Shown here one piece after another: positions 13,573-28,500 of a DNA stretch of 64,000 bases (position 1 is its first letter; each line of letters begins with the position of its first letter). Origin of the DNA: Trichoplax sp. H2 (lineage: Eukaryota); assembly GCA_003344405.1 (NCBI GenBank), contig NOWV01000031.1, positions 186,001 through 250,000 on the forward strand, given 5' to 3'. The translations under genes and the position numbers were made by a program. The notes beneath the pieces are model-generated. The model did no database searches, had not been told where the DNA came from, and saw nothing but the letters and a program-made list of their open reading frames with translations.

Positions 13573-16500
13573 GTAAAACGCGTATCTATAAAATGATTTT
13601 AAAACCAATTTTCTTATTAGATAGGTCTCAAATCATTTGCCTTATGATTCTGTGAAATAGTTGCTTATTAGAATGATAATTAATCAAGAAATATTCAGAG
13701 TTAGCTTTACAGAATCATTTAAATTAATATTATAATTAAGAGTTGGTGATTCATGCACACGGTTGATATTTTCTCATAGTTTCAGTTCTGAAAATAAAGT
13801 AGTTATGATATCTGATCACAAGACCAACTATTGAGACTAGAGTCTTTGTCTTATTGTATTTCCCTCAATTTCCGCTGTAAATATTTTTATTGAATTTAAT
13901 ATAAAAAAATTAGGGGAATTGTATGATCATTTTTATTTACTAAGGTAAGGTGCTTTATTGAATGCAAAAATATCGATCTAAATTATACTCCTGTTACATT
14001 AGTCAGGCGATATGACTTAGAAGTAGCTTCTTTATATTAGAGTTTTTACTTATATATATTCTAGAAAATGTATCCATTCAAATTAAAATTGGGATTTGAA
14101 GGTTATTATTGCTATCACTCAATACTATTGAAAATCCGTTAGCCTATGACAAGAATGAGTTATTTTCTTGCGATTATAGTTTAAAAAAGTCATTACTTAA
14201 TCTGATTAAAGATGTGTTTATCTGCAGACAAATTTACGGCACAAAAATCTACATGATTACATGAAAACACTACTCTTATTCGTTTAGTATCAAATTTTAA
14301 TGATGGTTATTGTACAGTAGTTTAATAGTTTAAATTTGCGTAATTTCTCATTTTTTAAATATTCCAAATTTAAGCATCTCAGAAATTGCTAATATTTATC
14401 TGCCGTTACTTTAGACGTTACATCTGCTGTGTTCCTGCTATATTTAGTAGTTTGATATAGAATGTTGGTATTATTAGATAAATTAAATACTGTGCACCCA
14501 TACCGTACGAAAAAAAGCTTTTTTCGAATATAAATTTTATATGCAACTTTGGAATTTGCAAGAGTAGAACAATGTTAATACAAGCTGCATAAAAGTAGCT
14601 TTTTTGCAACATAGCAAGATATTTATTATTTGTTATTGCAACTACAAGATGAATAATAATTGTTGCTCTGAAAATATCAGAACTATATTCACTTAGTTAC
14701 AGATCTAGAATTCGCTTGCATTCGCAACATAATTGTTACGATAAATTATTAAAAATGTTTACGCCGTCAATATCAATTTCTAGTTTTTCTAAAAGTGATA
14801 TGATGCAAAACAGATGATAGCGTGATACATTGCGGTGCACACTTGATGCTATTGTGGGGAGAAGGGTTAACCCTTCAAACGCATCAGGTGCATATATTAA
14901 ATTAAATTGATTAAGTTTAAAATGAATAATGATCAAGCGAGATTACGTGTTTATCGGCATTTGCAGTAAAACTACCGAATATTCTTGCGATCGTTTTCTC
15001 TTTATTACGTATCGGAGTGAATTTTTACTGTATTCCATGATTTATAAACCAATATCTGATCAATTAGCTATCTTTTCTCGGTTGAAATGGCTTTCATAAT
15101 GCTGTTCCGATCTAATATTAGAAAGCTACTATTTTCATAATAAATGCTAAGGTTATAATCTGTTTCTTGTTAATAGTTATTATTAAGAATCTTTGAAATA
15201 TTCATTGTTGTTTCTTTCAAAGTTAATCAATGCGGTACGGTAAATTGCTATTTCCATAACAATATCTGAAGCATTTTTTATTTTTCTTTTAAACATAAAT
15301 AACATACTATTTAAAAATCGTTTATAGCTAGCAAAATTAAGTTATCTTGCATTGAATCAATATGATAATTCTAATACAGTAGCGATAAAATTTACTCTGC
15401 AGTGTTATAAAATATCAATACATACTGGTAACGAGAGCCCATTAGCCGTAATTAAATTTAAAATTTAATTTATTTTAATTACGATTTTAACTTTATAACT
15501 ACTAACTGCTTCAGTTACAGCTGTTCCAAATGTACTTATATCATATCAAAATTTTGTATGCTTAACTGGCATAATTCTTCTACTAGTAACGTTATGGCTA
15601 TCAAAGCAGTATCTTTAAAAGTAATAGCACATTATGTCTTCTACATTAATAATTTTAATTAGTAGCATCCCTTCATTATCTACACAATTCTCAAGTGTAC
15701 TTCCATTTCCGTTACTTATAATTCTTGATTATCTTATGGCAAGTAAAATGAGTACATTCAAATAATATCCAATAATAAGGCAATGATAATCTAAGTTAAT
15801 AATTGATAATGCTCGTACTCCAAATTTGCTATAATGCCTTCCAAATAATCCTAATATTAGTATATAGCTCTAGCATATAATTTCTAAATCAATTTTCATA
15901 CTCGTACTGTTAGCGTACTAGCCCAAACCTATGCTTTTAGAATACTTGGGAAATCGCAATAACAACTGCATTACGGTACTCTATTCCTACCATTACTGGT
16001 GTAATTATAGCATAGGATAGGTTTCTAGATTTTACTGTAATTATTTGGAGGTATCCTTGTAATGTGTTTTATTTGCCTTGAGGTTTTACTCCGGCGTAAC
16101 TCTTCTATGAATTTAGTATTTAAACCATCGATTGACAAATTTTAATGGAAAATTAATTTCTCCAGACACGTATTATCATACTAACTGAATTTAACGCTTT
16201 AACTATTCAATTTTATTACCTTAATATTGTCAGGATTAATCGTTTCTCTTCCAAATCAAACAGTAAGGAAAATCAAAAATAGTAAATCGAATGGGCAAAC
16301 TAAAGCAGCATCGCAAATCATCAAATTAGGTAGTGTTACGAGCTCTTGCCCATCCTAATCATTCTTTCAATAACTAAATTTAATTCGTTTATATAACATC
16401 TAATACTTGGTAAATGTAACTCCAATTAGTTTAGTCTTTAACTTGTTTCTTAATAAATATAACATCAAGCTCACGTAAAGAAATATAACTTCCTAAAAAT

Positions 16501-19500
16501 AGTTGTTCAAGACCGCTATACACATACAGCTAAAGGCAAATCAAAACTTAATGTAAAAACGGCAGTGAATGCAGATAGTTATTCGCCTGCTGCCAAAAGT
16601 GAAATTATGGCGGGTTGGTATAATAAAATATCCAAACATATAGATAATTTAATGACACTAATCAATAACTTTCAAGTATCATTTTTTCTATCGCCACAGA
16701 CATCATTACGTTAAGAGTACATTGTGAAATTTTTCATGCCGCAAATAATTGTTCCTCACGAGTTTAAGACGGAAAAATCGGCGTTTTGTTGGTATTGCAG
16801 CAAGGACTTATTTCCTTAAAATCTTTTTCAGGTTTGATGGCAAATAAAGCTTACTCTAAAATTCCTTCCCAAGCTGATAGAAGTAACAAAATGCAAGGTA
16901 GCAATAGGAAGTATATGCCTATGGCAATACCAAGATGTAATGGTAATCTTAAGATAGATTTAAAAGCTGACAGCTTTTCTTCTGAATTAACTTATGGTAT
17001 CCTTAGTATCTAACAAATATCTTTAAAAGTGTATCTTTTTGAATTATATTTTTCAATAATTAGAGATTGATTCGAGTTCAACAAGTAACAGAAACAGTGA
17101 TTACAATTGCAGAAAATCAATCTCGCCCGGCAGCACTCTAGCTGCAACAGGACCCGATACCGATAGACTTATGTATCACAATCCATCTCTGAAAGCTCAT
17201 GATTCTAGGCGCTTAGGCAGATAAAAATTTTAAATGAATTGAAATTCATTTGATTATTTTTGCTGGGTAATATTTAAATTAGCCGATAACAATTCATTCT
17301 GTTTGATATTAGCGGATGGTAAAGTGATGGAAACGTTCCCTGTTCGTTTTTCTGTCTTGCCTCATAGGCAAGTTAACGGCAGATATCCGAATTGCAATCA
17401 AAAATTTGTTTTAAGAGATTCAAGATTATTAGGTAAAAGCTACATCGCATTCTAAAGCCAAACATAGCGATGCACCATTTACTTACCTCGGAGTATTAAT
17501 TTAGGTTCATATAGTCAAGGGGATAGGAAAGCAGCAACACCGAGGTCCAGTTGCTCCGCCGCTTCTCGAGGTAATATTAGGATGATACACTATCCTAGAC
17601 ACGTTAGACCATCAGACTCATCAGGTAAGTTTTAATTATCAAATATTTATATCAACGCCTTATATAGTTTCATATATGCTAAAACTTGCAAATTCTATTG
17701 CTTTTCTAGCTATATCTCTATCAGCTGATAGAAGGGTCGTGCCAAATCCTAAAAATCTTAATACTACATCCTTGGTGAACAAAGGGTTGAGTAACAACAA
17801 TAGACAGTTCGACTTTCCCAAAAAATCTAATACTTCGGGTAGAATCAATTCATCGTTTCAAATGAGCTGTAGAAATTACATATATGTTTAATTAAGTATA
17901 CCTTACGAGCCTCTGTCATGTTAATTATAATTTTTAAAAATCAAACTTAACATCAGATGAAAGAATAAATTATCACAAGCGTGGACTTCAAAGAGAAATA
18001 ATGGCTAGAGGTTAATTAATAAACTATTAGCTACAGATTCATAGACGACCGTGATTTTGCTAACCGATATCTGCGCTAATTTCTACTCACTGGATGATGC
18101 TTTGCTAGATCCAAGGCTAAAAGCCAAGAGCAGTACTTATGCAGACTATAATAGTATTCGTCCTCAAAGTTGTCCGACCAAAATGGTAACCAGCTCTGCA
18201 AATGTTATGGCTTGTAATAATTTGTCTGTTTCTCAATTAACTGCGGAGTTGAAGTCTACAGGTAGGTTTCGCCTCTTTTGCAGAATTTAGTCGGAACCGC
18301 ATTGCATCTATTTTGATTTTATCGCATGAATTAAATTAAGAACCTGTAACTAAGCTTATTCTGAATTTTGAATAATTTATAAACACAAATTTTAACATAC
18401 GATAGTAGATGGGCGTAATAGAAGTGAAAGTATAGCTTACCGTAATGTTCGAACACGAAATGTACCTACAGGTAAGACTGAAATTTATAAAGTAATCCAT
18501 TTTCTTTATTAGCGCAAAAACATGGCTTTGATGAATTCCTTAGAGATGTCATTAGTTTAATAATTAATAAAATTCTAAAATATTTGATCCGACAGCATTG
18601 TCTTTCGCTAATAAAAACATAATTTTACTGATTATTTTAGATCCTCGCATTGCCTTAGGCTACACATCAAGTAATTCCGTTCATCCCAAAAATACATCAG
18701 ACTCTAGTAATCCATTCACTGCCAAAAGCGGTAGTTTGATTATCGGTGTTGTTGAGTTGAGATGTCATTGCTAGAAACTTAAAGTGAATTAATGAGAGTT
18801 CACCTTTTATATTATTTGTCTGAGAATTCTAAATTAAAAAATTGCATCTTTACTGTAATGAATTGTGTATGATTGATTTTATTTACAAGCTGCAGCAGGC
18901 AATAATTTCGCTCATCTTGCTAAAACTACAAATACACAAGTTAGCAATATTCAGCCAACCTCTAGATCGAAGCTATGCAGTAAGATGAAGCAGCATTATA
19001 CCTAATTACATTCTCTATCCATGAACTTGATCTTAAATTTACGTCTGCTGATATTTAAGGCAACGATGAAAAGTGTAAATTACCGAATTTAACTAAGGTA
19101 CAGTTTGACTCTGCAGTTCATGATGATCAAGTGGGAGATCAGAATCAAGAGCCTAAAAAAGAGATTCCAACTAAACTCTCAGGTAATCATTTATTAATAA
19201 ATGATATTTTTCAGTTAACTATTGTAACTAGTTAATTGAATATGGCATCTCTTCTAGATGAAGAGGACTGTTTATATATAAAGACAGTAAATCTGGGAAT
19301 TAATAATAAAATATTTACTGGCAGTCATCATCAAAGTCATAGCACAAAGCTTCATGAATCGACAGGTAAGCTGTTATCAATTGCAAGGATCAATTATTTT
19401 GATTACAGCTATCAAGGGATTGCAAAAATTAAACGATTAAAGGTATCGTAGACCTCTAATTATACTGTATTTAAAATTTATTCATTTATACCATACTATA

Positions 19501-22500
19501 ATCATAGAAGGAAATATCAAAATATTGTTTTACGTTATTAATAATTAATTGGAAATATTACCAATGCCAATTAATGTAAATGGGTAATTCAAACTAAAAG
19601 TGAACGATAGTAAATCGAAATATACTCTAATCAATAATATTGGATTTAAAATATAATTAAACAGTGAATAGCAGTTGGCTAAATTAGTACTAATGTTACC
19701 TCGATTTGTGTCCTGAAAAATCAAATTTAATCTTAAGTGTATATCTATCTTTACTGTATTCAGGTTATATGGGTTATCAAAGAGAAGATATTAATAATAA
19801 TAAAACACGCATACCCTTTATTAACGATGAAGACTCCATGAGCTTTAATCGTAACTCTAGTAGTCGACAATATAGGAATGATTTGCGATCGGCAAGTATA
19901 GGTATTGTATGACGCTATAATCACAGTTATGGTATGCTTTCGGTTTGTTATTTAAGCCCATTTGTTTCGATTTGAATTCATATGTAGCAAAGGCAAACCA
20001 AGAATGTAACCAAATCAAAGTCGATGCACTATCTGCTAAATCCTCTGAAAGTAAACTACTTCAACGGCGTTCAGAAATTAGTCCAATTTCATATTTAATC
20101 ATATAGCGATAAGATATTTATAACGCTACTTTCCTTCAAATCTTACTTAGCCGATGTGACTCAAGATTGTAACGACAGAGCAGCCAGTAAGCTATCTTCT
20201 GAAAATACGCCAATCTTGGCTGAGAATGATAAAATATCTGATATTCATCATAGTGGTATGACCTGTATGATATTAAATAAAATAGAATTAGGCGTTACCA
20301 AATTTGCTTTTCCTCAATTTCAATCGATAAATAGCGAATGAAACAGATCATGAAAATCGATTAACCTCAGACCAGCAATCATTGAATAGTAAACTCTCAT
20401 CGGTGTCGGAAAATAACCAATCAAATCTACAGCTCAGAGGTATAACATAGATTATTATCAATATTGGAGTTCTTAATAAATCATACTGATCATTTCAATA
20501 ATTGATTGTATCACTTTTTCGCTTATTTTCTAATGTACATGTGCTAATTTAGATCCCTGCTTTGCAAAAGCGGAAATATGTAGTGAAATTACTAATCCTA
20601 TCGTATCAGGTAGTAACTTCTCTGAGATCTGAAATTAGAATTATATCCCTTGGCAGTAATGAAAATAGCTCTACAAGATTATTTGATGATTGATTACTTT
20701 ATCGAATCAGATATCGCACTTATTCAACAATTAGGGTTTCACATCATCTTAATTGCCAGTCTAAGAAAATATAAGATTAAATACTAATGCTCAGTACTGT
20801 AAATTAATAAAGCCGGCTAAATATAGTAGTCTATATTTTAAAATGTGTAATACCCTACGGACTGAATTAGGAAGCAACAAATCTGAATTGAAAATCGATA
20901 CTTTGGATAATAAGCAGGAAAATAATTCGGGTAAGAATTTATGAATCCTCTAAGAGTAGATCCATTCATTAATTAAGACTCTGCCACAAAATGATTTCTA
21001 AAGGAGACAAGAATTTACGGAAAAAAGTGATTTTACCACTAAAGCAGCTGCGTTTTGGTGATAAAGGAGATAATTCAAGTCAGTTTCTAATTATCTCCTA
21101 AGAGCTATATTTTTTTTGCCTGATTTATGGAACTATGGAGTTTATTTGTATTTCAGTTCACAGCGATTGCCAAATACTCCAAAATGTAGACAAGTCTTAC
21201 AGATCTGAGCATCAGTCTCAAAATTCCTTGTCAATTATCAAATGTTCAGGTAGCTACGATCAAGACTCTACAAATAATGAAGTCGAAATACAGCAAGATA
21301 GAGATGACGGAACTTCTTCACTTACTGGTATATTCTTATGTATCAAAATGGATCAGTCCTGCAATTATATAACTGGATGCAATGAAAACATTTATCTTTT
21401 CTTAATAGTTCCAAGTTCAAACGACCAGGGTGAAAACATAACTAGTGAGCCATCTCGTCCGGTGTTCGAAAAATCGGAGCTTTCAGATGCAGCTGCAATA
21501 GGTAGATATCGAGTTATTTAATATTTTCGATAAATGTCTACCTTTTACTGATTTATAAAATCACGAATATACTTGGAATGGAGTCTTGACAACGTAGCAA
21601 ATTTACACACACTGTATAGTACTGTGTTTATGGAATAATGGATTTAGTTGAAATTCCCCCGATAATTTTACATTTCGTTGTAATAACTACTATATATCAT
21701 AGATCAGAAGATTTTTAATGCGAAACAAATTGAAATTATGGAATTGTAACCTACATGTATGATGTCCTACTCATTTTAAGCAAAAAGCTAATTAACTTAC
21801 CGGTAACTTTTAAATAATAATACAGAGGGTATGGAGGAAAAACTTGAAAAGGAGGGCCAAGTATTAGGTAAATAATCGACGAAATTAATACCCTGGTATA
21901 ATAAAGTCTTATCCGTTCTTTCCTGATTTCCTTGTAATTGGCTATTTTAAACTTTAATAAATCCTTTAGGAATTACGAATACGTCGGAAAAGTCTGTAAT
22001 CCTGGAGGATAGGCTAGAAATTTCAGGTAATGCACAGCAGTCGGTAGCATTCGTTTCTTACTGTATATGCTTATTAATTTTTTTATTATATCGATTAATA
22101 TAAACAAAAAAATATCAACTACTCTATATTATTAGATAATACTATAATGGATGCAGTTCGGAGTGAAATGGGCAAATCTGATAATTCTTTCAAGGCTGAA
22201 AATAAATTAGGGGTTACAGGTAATGTTTAAGCAATTGCCGGTGCAAATATAACTTTAGTAATTTCGCCATAATTAAGGTATAGAAATTTTTGTCTATGTG
22301 ATAGTAGAAAATGAATCTCAAGAATATTTAGCTATAAAAACTGATATCACAAGCCTTTAGTAAATCTAGTTATCTAATTAATGATTTACAAAATTGTGCT
22401 AGTTACTATCACAATGATTTACGAAATTGTTAATTTCATTAAATTTAAAGTGATTACTAACTAATTTATCGGTTTAATGTTGACAATTAATTTTGAATGA

Positions 22501-25500
22501 TAGAAGAAGAGAATCATGATCAGCATATAGACAATAAAAAAGTTCAAAGCGAAGGTAATAAATGAAGAAAATCATGGTAACGAACCGTTGTTAGACAAAA
22601 TAAGAGCGGAATATTCTCCTATGATTATATTTATTGATCTAATCCTATTGATTTAACGATGGAATAAGAGTCTGAAGACAGATTCTAGATATTAAAAACA
22701 TTTAATATCCTAGTGGTAAACTAAATGTTATCGTAATTATTTCATTGAGCCCAACGTAACTTAACGACGATACTTTCATAAATACAGGTATAGATCAGAT
22801 AGAGATGCGAACATCCAACAATTCTTGTGATGCTTATCATGGACCAAACATTACAGGTTATACCCTGATTATTATCGTTTTATTCGCTTTTGGATAATTT
22901 CTTCACTATCAAAATATCTTATGCCTCTTTGAATTATAAAAAATGAATTTCAAGACTCTGGTCTCAGGGAAAAGAATAACGAAGAATTTAAATTAACAGA
23001 TGAATTTGGATGCTCAGGTACAGTACAGTACGATTATATGTACATGAATTCCGAGCATACAACCACTTTTTAACTTAAAATATACTAACGTTAACATTAA
23101 AACAGAAAGTGAAATGGATGTTGTGAATGCAAAGGGTACTCAAAGTAAAGGAATCTCAAAATTGTATGAGATCTTGCTAAATTTCAATTTAATTTAGCGT
23201 TATTACTCTGCTTTATTTCTAGAAATAACGCAAGAGAATAGCCGCGCTGGTAAAATGAACAGATATGTTCTAGGAAAGGGTAAATTAGATCAAAAGTGTT
23301 TTCTTGTAGGTTACTTGGCTTTTCAAAATGAAATCTACTAGTCTCAGTACACCATGCTAAAAGACATCTAGCTTATATTAAAGTTTAAATTACGGGAATT
23401 ATTTTACGGTAATTCTAAGACACGATACCTGATGGTAGTGAAACCAGCAGAAAAGATTTACTTAGCATAAGGCAAGATAACTCAAGGAAAAAGCCATATT
23501 CTGGTAGGTCCTATCAGGCATTTCAGAGCAAAACAAAGTGGTATGGTATTACTTTTAATATTTAATTAGAATCTAATATAACTACTGTAGAGCCCTAAAA
23601 TATAACGGTATCGCAAAAGATACGATCATGGAAGTTTATAAGCTGTTCGATCTTCAGATTAGGAAATAAGCTTTAGCAACATTATTTACTACTAGGTCTT
23701 CAGATTAGCAAATAAGTTATGGCTACGATAATTACGATTAGATCTTTGAATAAGTAAAAAGTTTTAGCTATATTAGTTGAATTGAAAGCTTTCATTACCA
23801 TCAGATATCAAGTATATCTGAAATCGGGCTCATTGATAATGTAGCCTTCTGCGATAACAATTGTAGGGCATGAAGATCGTATTACCAGTACAATATTAGG
23901 AGAGAAAAGAATAGAAATAGAAACTTCTACCGAAACTGTCATTAATGATATTAAAATTATCAGTAAGTTGTGTTAGAATATACGTTCGCATGCTCAAAGT
24001 CAATTATAAAACATACTGCTTCTAACAAACTAGAGAAAGAACCTGAAGATTTAAATTCAAAATTTACGAAAAACGAAAGCTTAAGAATAGAATTAAATAT
24101 AAATAATTCTACATCTTCTAGTAAGTCGAAAACAAATATGACTGTAAGCATAACTAAAAATCACAGCATCTTCCTGCCAGCGAATAAAATTTGTATAAAT
24201 TTATTCTTAAATATTCTGAATTATTCTTAAAATCAGCTGCGAGTAACGAACTTGAGCTTAAAATTAGCAATAAACCTAAATGGAATGGTAATTAGCTCAA
24301 ATAATGCACAAGTTTGCCCTAAGATTCCGTTGAAAAGAATCACTTCTCATATAATTCTAGATTTTTGTTCAAATAATCAAACCTTTTCCAAATTAGATAA
24401 GCATGAATGAGATGACATTATTGAATCTGGAAATAACAGTATAATAGGACAGATTTATAATAATATTTCAATTGATATTAAATATTTGAAGTTAGAATGC
24501 TATACCGTATGCAAAATATTGATATAATTTTAAATAACGGCTTCATATTTTTTATAACCCATAATATAAGAACTAGTGATTAAGTCATTCATCATGTAGC
24601 CCGTAGTGGGTGATGTTACCAAATTTTCATCTTACTTCACGTAGTAGATAAAATTTCTAATGGATCTCTAGCATTTAGCTTGTTTTATCGATTTAATACA
24701 GAACAAAAGTATGCTTCACCAACTGCAAATGCACAAAAATTACCTAAACAAGAAGAAAATTTATACGAAAGACAGAATGATCGCGATGAATCCCCAAAAC
24801 ATCCAAATATCGCAAATTCTGGTGAAGTCTTAGAATTTAATGATGTGAATATGCTCAAAAATTAATTCATATGTTTGTCAACTCTATTTGATATTTAGAT
24901 ATTCAATATACCAATATGAAATGTCCTGCATTAGGTAAAAATGAAGCTAATCACGTTATTCGCATAGGTTTTGCTGCAATATATCAGTTCGATAAAACAA
25001 ATGTTACTGAAAGAGTAATCGATTTAATAGATACATTTACTGGATGTATTTCGGTAGCAGAAATGTCTAGCAAAGACTGTAACAGCTGCAATATAGGTAT
25101 AAAAGCTCTATTTTGAATATTTATTAATTTTAATACATCAATTTGAAACATGAATTAGGCCAGGTCATTAACCTTCTTACAAAATTTCAAATTATCACTA
25201 TGTATTGCCTTTTCAATAATTTACTTTATAAATGTTTTTCTCAAGTGCTTCGTTCCAGATCTCTAGTAAGTCGAAATTCTGGAACTTTGGTTGTCATTAA
25301 AAAGTCAAGAAAAATCGCCATAGCTTTAGACAACTCAAGAATGATTATAGGCCTACAAAACTATGGTACGATATACATCTAATTCAATATATTGATCTAT
25401 AAAGAATACTTGGACGTATCTAATGCAAAGTTAGATTAGTTGATAACAGTTTTGTTCATGTGAAAAGTATTTAGTTATAGTGATATAATTAGTGAAATTA

Positions 25501-28500
25501 TCTGTTATTTAACCATCAATTAATTATATGGTCAAAATTTAAGGCATATTTACTAAATATCATACTAAACGTAGAAATGACTGGTATTTCTTCAAGTAAA
25601 AATGCTATCGATGGCGAACCTGATAAGTTTGTTGAAAGCTCTAATTCAGCAAGTTAGTATATTCTAACGTTTATGCCGGCAGTTATTGTGCTGATGTTCA
25701 TTGCAATATTTGTAATACATCCAGGATAGCATAAGCAAAAATACATACTAGTCATGTAGTAATATCTAATTCTCATACTACCGGTAATTTTGAGCTTTCG
25801 TATCATTTCCAAAGCAGGAAACAGAAATTTCTTACATAGCTTTCAATTCACAATAAATACTTTTCAATTTGTTGCATAGGTATATCTGAACAAAAGCCCA
25901 TAATTATACTGCGTTTTCTAATATTGTTATTTGAATTACTACTTTGCATATATTTGGACAAAGTTTTTCAAGTTTAAATATGCTACTTTTTGCAACCGTA
26001 TCAGTTCATATAATCCAGATGCAATTGTCTATGATGCACATATCTCTCGTGCATTCTTCATTGAGAAAGAAATATCAAACAAATTTCAAATTGTCTCATT
26101 ATCCCAAATGTTTTGAATATAGACCGTAGGAAAGGTTTTCCTAAGGCATACAGAATATTCGCAAATGCTGGATTGTTAATGAAAATATCTGTCTTAACCT
26201 TAGTAATAGTATTGTGATATACTGCAGTGATTAATATGACTAGACCTTTAAATCAGTCAATATATCCAATTTATTTTACTTAGAGAAAACTAGAAGTACT
26301 AAGGAGAAACAAGATAGAGTCTAATCATTAATTCTACGATTTCCTAGCTCCCTCTTCCTGTGGCTTAATTTCCTCAGCCATTTTAAATATTGTCTATTTT
26401 ATACATTTACACTCAAATTCAAATTACAAATTTATGACCATTACACTATGTAAAGAATCAAATCTGAATCTGGATCATTAATACTAACGTTTTTATTGTA
26501 TCAGAGATAAATACCATTACGTGAACATAACAGTTAGCAGTATTTAATTTCTTCAATCTAGGCAAGAAGAAGATTCAAATTGACAGCATTTTCTTTGAAT
26601 CAGTAAAAATGCAAAATCGACGTAATCGAATTACAAATTTATTAAGCTTACGGAGAAAGAATTCTAATAAAATGGATTACTCACAAAATTATTCGAATCA
26701 AACAATACGAGGTAATAATCGAAAATGATTGCAAATTATTTAAACTCTACGATAATGATTGACTATTACACAATGAATTATCTGGTTTTAGATGTGGTAA
26801 TAAAGAAAGAAGAGAAGGATTTATTGCCAACTTCAAAGGATCGTAATAAGTCTGGAAGAAGTAATGAATTGCTTATTGCATCGTCAATTAGTCATGAATT
26901 AAAAGGTTAGTTCTTGTGTAGATTGGCAAGTGAGTGAGTATTTTCTAGTCTTTCTGCTCAATTTTTGCTTTCATATTATTATTAACTACTTCAACTTGTA
27001 TTAAATCTGAATCCAGCTGTCAATAAAGCAAATATGCCGGCGCTTGAAAGCGAAAAAAAATTGATTAGTCAAGAAATTAAAAGTCCATTTTTACCACTGC
27101 AAGGCTGTACTTCCAAAAATCATCAAATGAGAGAAATCTTTAATCAAGCTGGAATACAAATTGGATCACAATATTCTGGTAAATGGAGTATAATATTCAT
27201 TTAGCCTATTCAATTTATCAGAATGGTTATAAAAAAAAGTTACAGCTTTAATGCTTTGTCAATTGTACAATTTAGAGACGATAAAATGTGAGAAATTATC
27301 GTCATCGAATCAACATAGTGATTTGAAGAAAAGAATAGACACAACTAATGACTTTAAAGGAATAAAAAGGAAGAATATTGCTGAAAATTTAGGTCTGAAG
27401 TACTTTTATATTCGAGTACCGACGTAGATTATAGACTTCTCAATAGTAGTAGAAGTTTCACTTGCATTTGCATAAAGAGAAATTTCAACCAATTTATTTT
27501 TTACATTTTTGCCTATGAGCAGAAAGAATGACTAAAAACCAATTTTTCGAGGGCCCAAGAAAGCAGAATGATCAACTATTTAGGACCAATGTGATAAAGA
27601 AAAGATTTCTAGGCCCTAATTCCTCGGATCAATGTTGCGATCTGAACTTGTCGTTACATACTTCTGACAATAAGGCAGAGCATCAATTATTTCTGAACGT
27701 ACGCGAAAAATATCACGTTAAGAAGACCATCCGAAAAGATTCGAAAGTAACCTTCGAAACACTAGATACATTGACAGTTTGTAACAGTCACAACAATGAA
27801 TGTGTTAAGAAAAAATCTTTAACAAAGGCTATAAAAAAAGAATTAGATCTTGAAACTTGTTCAAGTCATGACGATTACGCAACAGAAGCTACGCCGGATC
27901 CAATAACTAAAGAACTAGAAATTAGAAGAAATAATGATCATCTTAACTGCTTAGGTGGTGCTAGGAAACTTTTGCTTACTTCCGCAGACGACATAATCAC
28001 CTCAAAGGTGTTTAATGAAAGTAAGACTGGAATCATTGAAAAAAAGTCTCTAGCTGTAGTTTTGGAAGATCTATCGTCTGTAATGGGCAGCTGCTCCGAA
28101 GAGATTATTGAAACTTTAGCCAAAGCTTCGGAACAGCAATCGACAGAGTCATCAGATACTGCTAGCTATGAAATTAGTACGACAAGCAGTTGTATAAGTG
28201 CGCCTACTAATAGACAGTTTAACGTTCCATTGCCCAAGCATTTGAATGGCAATGATCATGTTGAAGACTGCAGGCTAGATACAGATGCAAGCAACCAATT
28301 AGGACCTGAATTAGCTCAAAGTGCAGAAGAAAAGGAAATGATTCTGTCTTCTACTCACTCGCTGTCTAATGAATTTTCCAAAAATGAAATATATGATACG
28401 TATTACGATGATAGTAGCGATTCTACTATTTCAGATATTATGGATGAAATGGCAGAAAGCAGTAAAAATCTACTAGAAACAAGAGCGCTATATCGCAAGG

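Noticed and set aside
23649..23770. CRISPR-like repeat-spacer pattern
   Set aside because: Eukaryotic intron, degenerate tandem units and no cas genes; it is an ordinary minisatellite.
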